From Octopus bimaculoides (Eukaryota): 32,588 nt of DNA. The stretch spans positions 3,257,662 through 3,290,249 of the forward strand of contig NC_069010.1 of NCBI RefSeq assembly GCF_001194135.2, in the 5' to 3' direction. Shown piece by piece: positions 23,207 through 32,588 of this stretch. Position numbers and translations under genes: made by a program. The notes under the pieces were generated by a model. That model saw only the letters and a program-made list of their open reading frames with translations. It did not search any database and was not told where the DNA came from. Within the stretch, counting starts at the first letter, position 1. The number at the start of each line of letters is the position of its first letter.

Positions 23207-23412
23207 TTGTGTGTCTGTATTTGTCCCCCCACCATCACTTGACAACCGATGTTGGTGTATTTACGTCCCCGTAACTTAGCGGTTCGGCAAAAAGAGACCG
23301 ATAGAATAAGTACTAGGCTTCCAAAGAATAAGTCCTGGGGTCGATTTTGCTCGACTAAAGGCGGTGCTCCAGCATGGCCGCAGTCAAATGACTGAAAACA
23401 AGTAAAAGAGTA
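23102..23412 (+). mobile_element. SINE family A (head in gap)
   Basis: GGCCGACCAAAGCCTTGTGAG ... AAGTAAAAGAGTA. Confidence 0.92.
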
Positions 23413-23620
23413 TGCAAAAATTTACATATACTGATAGAAAGGTAGAAAGAGAGAGAGAGATTACAATTTATTAATTGAACATGATTGACATCAACACTTT
23501 CTCTCTCTCCTCAGAACCGTAAAGAGAAATATGAGCACACACATAAACAAAGAAGGAGAGAAGGAGTGAGAGGCAGAGGGAGAGAAATTGAGGGGGAACT
23601 ATTACAATGTCTGATATGCG

Positions 23621-24036
23621 TATTCTTTACTCTTTTGCTTGTTTCAGTCGCCTGACTGGGGCCATGCTGGAGCACCGCCTTTAGTCGAACAAATCAACCC
23701 AGGGCTTATTTTTTGTAAGCCTAGTACTTATTCTATCAGTCGCTTTTGCTGAACCGCTAAGTTACGGGTACATAAACACACCAACATCAATCATCAAGCG
23801 ATGGTGGGGGACAAATGCAGGCACACAAATACATATGATAGATCGTTGACCAGGGACTATTCAATATTTTTTTTTTCTCCTTGTTTTCTCCGTATTCTTT
23901 CTGTTGAAGAGCGTAGCTCGAAACGTTAAAGACCTTCTGTATTCCCGAGCGTCAAACTAATACATCCTTTTGTTGTTTACACCACCTGTCCTCGTCTGTT
24001 GTTGTTTTTTTCGTACATTCTTCCACATATGTATAT

Positions 24037-24085
<49 letters not shown>

Positions 24086-24264
24086 CGATATATATATTTA
24101 TGATGGGCTTCTTTCAGTTTCCATCTACGAAATCCACTCACAAGGCTTTGGTCTACCCTAAGCTATAGTGGAAGACACTTGCCCAAGGTGCCATGCAGTG
24201 GCATTGAACCTGGAACCATGTAGTTGGGAAGCAAGCTTCTTACCACACAGCCACTTCTCTGCCT
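23621..24264 (-). mobile_element. SINE family A interrupted by a hammerhead-bearing insert (23838-24024)
   Basis: Tail and body at 23621-23837, head at about 24100-24264. Confidence 0.88.
23896..23932 (+). ncRNA. Minimal type I hammerhead-like motif
   Basis: TCTTT-CTGTTGA-A-GAGC-GTA-GCTC-GAAA-CGT-T-AAAGA: stem I 5 bp, stem II 4 bp, palindromic ACGT stem III, GUU triplet; A6 replaced by U. Confidence 0.6.
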
Positions 24265-24293
24265 AATCAGACTGGAGCCTGGTGTTGCCATCC
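24265..24293 (+). mobile_element. Short RTE 3' UTR piece
   Basis: AATCAGACTGGAGCCTGGTGTTGCCATCC, identical to the start of the copy at 7090. Confidence 0.75.
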
Positions 24294-24344
24294 TAGATTT
24301 CGTTCATCAGCACAGTATTGTCCCAAAAATATATATAAATAAAC

Positions 24345-24404
24345 GCGGTGGGACAGAACCCGGAACCATGTGGTTGGTAAGCAAGCTACTTACCACACAG
24401 CCAG
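24345..24404 (-). mobile_element. SINE family A, head only
   Basis: GGGACAGAACCCGGAACCATGTGGTTGGTAAGCAAGCTACTTACCACACAGCCA. Confidence 0.85.
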
Positions 24405-25149
24405 TACATATGTGTTGGTGTGTGTGTGTGAGTTGGTTGCCATTACAAACACACACTATATATNNNNNNNNNNNNNNNNNNNNNNNNNNNNNNNNNNNNN
24501 NNNNNNNNNNNNNNNNNNNNNNNNNNNNNNNNNNNNNNNNNNNNNNNNNNNNNNNNNNNNNNNNNNNNNNNNNNNNNNNNNNNNNNNNNNNNNNNNNNNN
24601 NNNNNNNNNNNNNNNNNNNNNNNNNNNNNNNNNNNNNNNNNNNNNNNNNNNNNNNNNNNNNNNNNNNNNNNNNNNNNNNNNNNNNNNNNNNNNNNNNNNN
24701 NNNNNNNNNNNNNNNNNNNNNNNNNNNNNNNNNNNNNNNNNNNNNNNNNNNNNNNNNNNNNNNNNNNNNNNNNNNNNNNNNNNNNNNNNNNNNNNNNNNN
24801 NNNNNNNNNNNNNNNNNNNNNNNNNNNNNNNNNNNNNNNNNNNNNNNNNNNNNNNNNNNNNNNNNNNNNNNNNNNNNNNNNNNNNNNNNNNNNNNNNNNN
24901 NNNNNNNNNNNNNNNNNNNNNNNNNNNNNNNNNNNNNNNNNNNNNNNNNNNNNNNNNNNNNNNNNNNNNNNNNNNNNNNNNNNNNNNNNNNNNNNNNNNN
25001 NNNNNNNNNNNNNNNNNNNNNNNNNNNNNNNNNNNNNNNNNNNNNNNNNNNNNNNNNNNNNNNNNNNNNNNNNNNNNNNNNNNNNNNNNNNNNNNNNNNN
25101 NNNNNNNNNNNNNNNNNNNNNNNNNNNNNNNNNNNNNNNNNNNNNNNNN

Positions 25150-25312
25150 CTACACTCTCTGAGTGGTTGGCGTTAGGAAGGGCATCCAGCTGTAGAAACT
25201 CTGCCAAATCAGACTGGAGCCTGGTGTTGCCATCCGGTTTCACCAGTCCTCAGTCAAATCGTCCAACCCATGCTAGCATGGAAAGCGGACGTTAAACGAT
25301 GATGATGATGAT
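25150..25312 (+). mobile_element. RTE LINE 3' end with (GAT)n tail
   Basis: Collinear with 8823-8988. Confidence 0.9.
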
Positions 25313-25327
25313 ATATATATATATATG

Positions 25328-25375
<48 letters not shown>

Positions 25376-25377
25376 GC

Positions 25378-25520
25378 CAATGAGCTTCTTTCATCTACCA
25401 AATTACCTCACTAGACTTTGGTCAGCCTGAGGCTATAATAGAAGACATTTGTCCGAAGTGCCACACAGTGGGACTGAACCCAGGAGCCTGTGGTTCAGAG
25501 GCAAGCTTCTTACCACGCAT
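25378..25520 (-). mobile_element. Old, diverged SINE family A head half
   Basis: Degenerate match including the B box (GGGACTGAACCC on the plus strand). Confidence 0.75.
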
Positions 25521-25758
25521 CTAAACTATTTTATGAAAATCGAAAATCTTTGCAAACTTTTAATGTAACTGTTCATCAGACAGGTGTGATCATAAATTCC
25601 CGATTTTACTCTACCTGTGGTATTCATGTACTTGCATGTCGATGATGACAATAATGATGTTTTACTTACTTGTGTGTGTGTCTGCATGTGAATTTTTAAA
25701 TGTGTTGAATTTTTGTCAGTTCAGTGTAATAAATATAAATCTTGGGCATTTTCCATTT

Positions 25759-25843
25759 TGGAGCACCGCCTTTAGTCGAGCAAATCAACCCTAAGACTTA
25801 TTCTTTGTAAGCCTAGTACAAGCGATGTTGGGAGGACAAATAT

Positions 25844-25882
<39 letters not shown>

Positions 25883-26052
25883 TATCTACGACGGGCTTCT
25901 TTCAGTTTCCGTTTACCAAATCCACTGACAAGGCTTTGGTCGGCCCGTGGCTATAGTAGAAGACACTGGCTCAAGGTGCCATGCAATGGGACTGAACCTG
26001 GTACCATGTGGTTGGTAAGCAAGCTACTTACCACACAGCCACTCCTCCGCCT
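25759..26052 (-). mobile_element. SINE family A with internal deletion
   Basis: GCCTAGTAC is joined directly to AAGCGATG; head intact. Confidence 0.88.
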
Positions 26053-26812
26053 ATGTGTTGAACTTATATACATACCTATATACACATATAGAAAGAAAAA
26101 TATGCATACGTATACACACATATTCATACATACAGTATATATGTATATGTGTGTATATATATGTGTGTGTATGTATGTAATAGAATTATATTTTAGATGT
26201 ATGTTAAACTAATATACAAACATACATATCTACATACATACGTACATTCACACATACAAACACACGCATACACACACACACGCACACACACACACACATG
26301 AATCTCTCTAATAACAGTTATCATCATTGTTATTCTCCCATTTTCTGCCACACTGAATAATTAAATAATTTAACTCATGTAATTTCTCAAATCAACATAC
26401 GACAGGGTCTTGCCTACTCTAATCAAAACAAGGCACCTCTTTTTCTATCCTCTTCTTTTGCCTTTCCCGTCTGCATTTCTTTCCCTGCTTTTCAAACCTA
26501 ACAAAATATCAATATCCTTTTCATACAACATTATAAACACATTTTTCTTTCAATTATTTCTTCAATATACCTATGGGAAACATCTTTCTTTGCAGTCAGT
26601 AACTTTCTTTCCAAACTAATTGTTTGTTTCTCTCCTGCTGTTTCGAACATTGAATCTCTGAACAGCTTTTTGTGGCAATAGCTTCCGAACGTATAACTTA
26701 ATTTTCTTGCAATAAAAACGAACTTGTTTCCAAACAGACTCGGTTTTTAGGAAGAAATAATTCGAGTTCAAATTGGTTACACTTCAATGTCATCTTAAAA
26801 TTGGTAACACAC

Positions 26813-27294
26813 TACTCTTTCTCTTTTACTTGTTTCAGTCATTTGACTGTGGCCATGCTGGAGCACCGCCTTTAGTCGAGAAAATCGACCTCAGGACTTA
26901 TTCTTTGTAAACCTAGTACTTATTCTATCAGTGACTTTTGCCGAACTGCTAAGTTACGGGGACTTAAACACACCAGCATCGGTTGTCAAGCGATGTTGGG
27001 GGGGGACAGACACAAACACATACACACATATACATATATATATATACATATATACGACGGGCTTCTTTCAGTTTCCGTCTACCAAATCCACCCACAAGGC
27101 TTTGGTCGGCCCGAGGCTATAGTAGAAGGCTCTTGCCCAAAGTGCCATGCAGTNNNNNNNNNNATCCACCCACAAGGCTTTGGTCGGCCCGAGGCTATAG
27201 TAGAAGGCTCTTGCCCAAAGTGCCATGCAGTGGGACTGAACCCGGAACCATGTGGTTGGTAAGCAAGCTACTTACCACACAGCCACTCCTACGT
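26813..27294 (-). mobile_element. Full-length SINE family A (contains an assembly duplication around the 10-N gap)
   Basis: Tail to head match; 27086-27153 is repeated after the gap. Confidence 0.92.
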
Positions 27295-27321
27295 ATATGC
27301 TTTCTCTCTCTTTTTGTCTGT

Positions 27322-27718
27322 TTGTCATCATCATCATCTTTATCATTACCACCACCACCACCATCATCATCAGCTAACGTCCATTTTTCCATGCTGGTAT
27401 GGGTTGGATGGTTTGACAGGGGCTGCCCAGGCTCCAAATGTCTGTTTTGGCATGGTTTCTATGGCTGGATGCACTTCTTGAAGCCAACCACTTTACAGTG
27501 GGTACTTGATGCTTTTTATACAGCACCATTATGGGTGCTTTTATGTGCCACTGGCAGGGGTGCTTTTTATGTGACACCAGCACCCATGAGCCTACAAGAT
27601 CAAGATTGCTCAGCTGAAAAGGGATGTAGGGTACGTGCCTATATGCAAGGACCTCCATGATTTTCCTTAGCTTGACATGTCTTCTCAAGCACAGGAAACT
27701 GCTCAAAGTCTCAGTCCT
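27322..27718 (-). mobile_element. Diverged RTE subfamily: ORF end plus 3' UTR plus (GAT/GGT)n tail
   Basis: Minus strand ..GTGCTTGAGAAGACATGTCAAGCTAAG resembles the RTE ORF2 end at 29650-29685; the tail shares CATCCAGC..TAGAAAC and AACCCAT.C.AGCATGGAAA motifs. Confidence 0.7.
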
Positions 27719-27730
27719 TTGTCATCCCCT

Positions 27731-27770
<40 letters not shown>

Positions 27771-29291
27771 CTAGTCACTACACACATTTTTTTTCTCTGC
27801 TTGTTTCTTTCTGTGGTATGCAATTATAGAATTAAAGATAACACTATTGCTACTTCAGAGCAATCCTTACTTTTAATATTGTCAATATTTATACTCCAGG
27901 AAACCTGTATGGTTAAGGAAATACAAGGGTGAGTCAAAANNNNNNNNNNNNNNNNNNNNNNNNNNNNNNNNNNNNNNNNNNNNNNNNNNNNNNNNNNNNN
28001 NNNNNNNNNNNNNNNNNNNNNNNNNNNNNNNNNNNNNNNNNNNNNNNNNNNNNNNNNNNNNNNNNNNNNNNNNNNNNNNNNNNNNNNNNNNNNNNNNNNN
28101 NNNNNNNNNNNNNNNNNNNNNNNNNNNNNNNNNNNNNNNNNNNNNNNNNNNNNNNNNNNNNNNNNNNNNNNNNNNNNNNNNNNNNNNNNNNNNNNNNNNN
28201 NNNNNNNNNNNNNNNNNNNNNNNNNNNNNNNNNNNNNNNNNNNNNNNNNNNNNNNNNNNNNNNNNNNNNNNNNNNNNNNNNNNNNNNNNNNNNNNNNNNN
28301 NNNNNNNNNNNNNNNNNNNNNNNNNNNNNNNNNNNNNNNNNNNNNNNNNNNNNNNNNNNNNNNNNNNNNNNNNNNNNNNNNNNNNNNNNNNNNNNNNNNN
28401 NNNNNNNNNNNNNNNNNNNNNNNNNNNNNNNNNNNNNNNNNNNNNNNNNNNNNNNNNNNNNNNNNNNNNNNNNNNNNNNNNNNNNNNNNNNNNNNNNNNN
28501 NNNNNNNNNNNNNNNTATATATATATATATATATATGATTGATTTGTTTGTCTCCAGCTGCATTATGCAACTTGGAATACTGTGGATAATTTACATAATG
28601 GAATATTTATTGAACATTTAACACAAGTCATTGTATTTTTTACTGAACACTGAAGAGGTGAATTCACGAGAAAATGTAATGTTTGAACAACAATTATGTA
28701 ATCCTGACAGAAAGTTGATGAGATACATGTAGGTTTTACAACATACCTGTTTTCTGCATTTCATTAATGCATACATGCACACAAATACAAAAACATACAC
28801 AAATAAATACATACATACATTCATACATACAAAAGAAGCTGACACAGATTCTCCCAAAAGAAACTGATGCAAATTCTCTAAATTCAATCTATTAGTGATA
28901 CAGTGAAGATTTCTAAGACTCTCCGAGGATTCTCCATCTGAGATTCTTTAGGTGAATAGACGCACGCACTTGGGTGTATGCACTGGCAGTTCAACCAACA
29001 TACCATCTCAGCTTCCTTTACTTAGAAGGTCTTGTTACTGTTTTAGTGACTTGTTTGAACTCTCTCAAGAAGAACTTAAATAAATCTCAAAGAAATAACA
29101 TACATATTTACATACATGTGTACATGCATAAAGACATTCATATATACATACATTATAATAGGAGAGTATTGTAGTTCGCTTGAAACATTGTGTATTGTTT
29201 GTAAAGAATAAAAAGTTTAGAATGGTACAACAATGCACCATAGAACAAAAAATGGACTATATACCTGTTGTAATTTGGTTATCTATAGTCC

Positions 29292-29327
29292 AATGATATT
29301 TCGGAATTACAATTCCTTCTTCAGATC
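29292..29327 (-). ncRNA. Minimal hammerhead-like motif
   Basis: Minus strand GAT-CTGAAGA-A-GGAAT-TGTA-ATTCC-GAAA-TAT-C-ATT: intact core, 5-bp stem II, palindromic ATAT stem III, AUC triplet, only 3-bp stem I. Confidence 0.55.
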
Positions 29328-29376
29328 TTCTTAGCTGGAGTTGTATGCGTGCATACTTTCATACATACATACATAC

Positions 29377-30266
29377 TTGAACCTAAGAAGCATCAGTTGT
29401 GGTGTGCAACAGAGACGATTGCGCTGGTATGGTCATGTGGCGAGAATGGATGAGGATAGCTGTGTGAAAAAGTGCCANNNNNNNNNNTGGCGAGAATGGA
29501 TGAGGATAGCTGTGTGAAAAAGTGCCACACCTTAGCAGTTGAGGGAACCTGTGGAAGAGGTAGACCCAGGAAGACCTGGGATGAGGTGGCAAAGCACAAC
29601 CTTCGAACATTAGGCCTCGCCGAGGCAATGACTAGTGACCGAGACCTTTGGAAATATGCGTGAGAAGACCCGGCAAACCAAGTGAGACCATAATCTGTGG
29701 CCCCTGCCAGGGGTGTAGCCAGCCCACTTATGCGTACCTTTTCTTCATTGGACACTAAACTCTGCTTGCGAAGACCTGTTGAGGCAAGTGAAATTGAAAT
29801 CGTAATTGAACCAAATTCGATGACTGGCACCTGTGCCAGTGGAGCGCTAAGAGCACCATCCAAGCATAATCATTGCTAGAGCAGCTGTCTGGCTTCTGTG
29901 CTAGTGGCACGTAAATAGTACCATTTGAGCGTGATCGTTACCAGCGTCGCCTTACTGGCACTAAAGCCGGTGGCTCGTGTAAAAATATTCCAGTGAGGTT
30001 GTTGCCAGTGCCGCTGGACTGGCTCCTGTGCAGGTGGAACATGAACAACACCATTTTGAGTGTGGCCATTGCCAGTACCGCCTGACTAGCCTTCATGCCG
30101 GTGGCACGTAAAAGCACCCACTACACTCTCTGAGTGGGTTGGCGTTAGGAAGGGCATCCAGCTGTAGAAATTCTGCCAAATCAGATTGGAGCCTGGTGTA
30201 GCCATCTGGTTCAAATCGTCCAACCCATGCTAGCATGGAAGGCGGACATTAAACGATGATGATGAT
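29377..30266 (+). mobile_element. 5'-truncated RTE LINE: ORF2 C-terminus (29377-29663) plus about 600-nt 3' UTR and (GAT)n tail
   Basis: LRSISCGVQQRRLRWYGHVARMDEDSCVKKCHTLAVEGTCGRGRPRKTWDEV..TSDRDLWKYA, carrying the RTE-clade C-terminal motifs RLRWxGHVxRM, GRPRKTW and DRxxW. Confidence 0.93.
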
Positions 30267-30269
30267 AAA

Positions 30270-30357
30270 GTGGCGAACTGCCAGAATCATAAGTACACCA
30301 CACAAAATCCGTAGCGGCATCTCACCTGTCTTCATGTTCTGAGCTCAAATTCCACCA
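30270..30357 (+). mobile_element. Diverged SINE family C head only
   Basis: GGCGAACTGCCAGAATC..GTTCTGAGCTCAAATTCC aligns with the family C head at 13554-13640. Confidence 0.65.
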
Positions 30358-30937
30358 CCTCTACTACTATTACCACCACCAACAGAACCACTACCTCTAC
30401 TACTACCACCACCACCATCACCACTACTGCTACCAATATGACCACCACCACTACTGCATGCAGTCTTGCAAAACCCTAAATTGCAACTTTTGATTGATTC
30501 ACCTGCATTCTATATTCCTGGCAGGAATACCTGTTATTTCTCCATCCCACTGTCATTTCTACTCCCCTCCTCAAATCCCCCCAACCCCATCTCCATCACA
30601 AACATCCTGACACAAGTTTTAGTTTAACCACCGTTGACATGGTAACCAAATTTTGTTTATCTTTAAAAAAATTTTATGTCAACAACAACAACAACAAAAA
30701 AGAACAAACAAACAAAATAGCAAAAATGCAATGAAAATCGCCCCACCCCACTCGGACGTTTTTGTTTAATTTTGTTTAATTTTTTTTTTTTTTTAATGTC
30801 AGAGCATAATGGTGTTGTCGCGAGTGAGAGGAGGGAACAGTCTTCGTAGACGAAACAGAGTCATTCAATCTGTTTAGAGAGTCTTAATTGCTTTTCAGTT
30901 CTTGTAATTGCATTCACGGTGCTGCACCCTCGCCCCA

Positions 30938-31136
30938 TGTGTGTGTGTGTGTGTGTGTGTGTATGCTACATATATATATATATGTATGAGTATGTTTGTA
31001 TATATGCACAAATCAATTGCATGCATATAAATATATATATATCTATATATATATATATGTATGTAAATATATAGATATATGTGTGTGTAGTTTGTGTGTG
31101 TATATAAATATATATATTTCTATGCATATATATGTA

Positions 31137-31200
<64 letters not shown>

Positions 31201-31497
31201 TACACACACACAGAGGGGTACACTCATATGATGCAATCATTAATATGTGTTTATGTGTGTATACACACAGACATATATATATATACATGAAACGTACAAA
31301 TACGTAAATATGCACACATTCATATATAAATGTGTTTTAAATACGTGTATGGATGTATGTATTTCTGTGTGTATGCATATATATATGTCGATATTCATGT
31401 GAATATACATATGTATACATTATATATATATACATATATGTATACAATATATATATAGACATATATGTATACATATATACATACATTTATATATATG

Positions 31498-31556
<59 letters not shown>

Positions 31557-32034
31557 TTGTGTATATATATATGCAAAAATACAAGTAAACACATAAATAC
31601 GCAGGGAGCTGACAATGAATAAGAAGAATCGAATGTATAGTTAGAGTCGGATAAGTGACTAAATGAGTATGAGAGCCGTGTTGTGATGGTAGATTCATTT
31701 GGATAAGTAATCTTACATCTGCACACTTAACTGTTGTCTACCTCTCACTCTGTGTCTCCCTCCCTCTCTCTCTACTTTCACTTTCTCTCTCTATTACACA
31801 CACACACACACATACTCAGAGCTGAATAGTAAAGAGTATCTGGCATGTTAAGGAATCGATTAAGTCAACAGAGAGAGACAGGCTCGTATATATTCTTGTG
31901 CTTGTGTATGTGTGCGTGTATAGATAATTATGTATATATGTACCTGCATGTATATACACACATGCATATATACACACACACACACACACACATATAAATA
32001 CATATATGTATATACATACATATATATATATTTT

Positions 32035-32066
<32 letters not shown>

Positions 32067-32125
32067 TATATACGTATATATATGTATATATATATTTATA
32101 TATATATATATATGCATATATGTAT

Positions 32126-32174
<49 letters not shown>

Positions 32175-32182
32175 TACATATT

Positions 32183-32238
<56 letters not shown>

Positions 32239-32286
32239 CACATGTATATATCTATATATATAAATATACTTATGTATATAAATATG

Positions 32287-32320
<34 letters not shown>

Positions 32321-32380
32321 CTTATTTATATATATATATAAATATACATATATATATAAATATATATATATATGAGTGTG
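30938..32380. repeat. (TA/TG/CA)n microsatellite field with unique spacers at about 31590-31900
   Basis: Directly visible in the sequence. Confidence 0.93.
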
Positions 32381-32588
32381 TGTGTACAGAATGTCACCAA
32401 CTGTAAACAACATGAAGTATGAAAATAACCGAGTGAAATATGCAAACAATGACAGAAAAAAAATGGAAAACAGGACAAGCAACACAGAGAGGGGAGCCTT
32501 GATCAGTTGCCAGCTGTCTATCTACTCCTCATTTCGAGCATTGAACAACAACATGAGTCTTCAAAGACAGTTGCTGCCATAATTTCCA

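Noticed and set aside
24292-24312. Minus strand CTGATGA-AC-GAAATC hammerhead-like core
   Set aside because: No stem II, no NUH triplet and no stem I.
26632-26668. Minus strand CTGTTCA-GAGA..TGTTC-GAAAC; similar partial motifs at 28650-28676, 30840-30863 and 32525-32566
   Set aside because: Core or stems are too degenerate to distinguish from chance by eye.
27086-27232. Tandem duplications around 10-N gaps (also 29442-29527), and the duplicated flank 17030-17095 vs 17976-18035
   Set aside because: Identical sequence on both sides of a gap indicates unmerged contig overlap.
28558-28653. Possible exon LHYATWNTVDNLHNGIFIEHLTQVIVFFTEH after GTCTCCAG
   Set aside because: It ends in a stop with no good donor and no recognisable homology; unsupported without RNA data.
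29253-29292. TGGACTATA/TATAGTCCA hairpin as a pre-miRNA
   Set aside because: The stem is only about 9-13 bp, too short for a miRNA precursor.

Overview
Repeat-saturated, AT-rich eukaryotic non-coding DNA from a gappy draft assembly, with 16 N-gaps totalling about 6.1 kb. The repeat profile (tRNA-SINEs, RTE 3' ends, dense TA/AAT microsatellites) suggests a coleoid cephalopod, probably Octopus; this is inference. No intact protein-coding gene is supported, and nearly all ORFs in the track are microsatellite or gap artefacts. The window holds about 14 copies or fragments of one tRNA-derived SINE (called family A here), three other SINE families (B, C, E) and RTE-LINE 3' ends. Decayed coding remnants come from a Penelope-like GIY-YIG endonuclease, a CR1-like RT, a second LINE RT, a Gypsy integrase and two fused mariner transposases. 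The most interesting signal is a set of four minimal hammerhead-ribozyme-like motifs plus a half motif, of Penelope/retrozyme type; two of the carrier fragments sit inside SINE-internal microsatellites. Also notable are a (CCCTAA)4/(TTAGGG)4 telomeric foldback and a 149-bp near-perfect inverted repeat. All structures were paired by eye and no database search was run.
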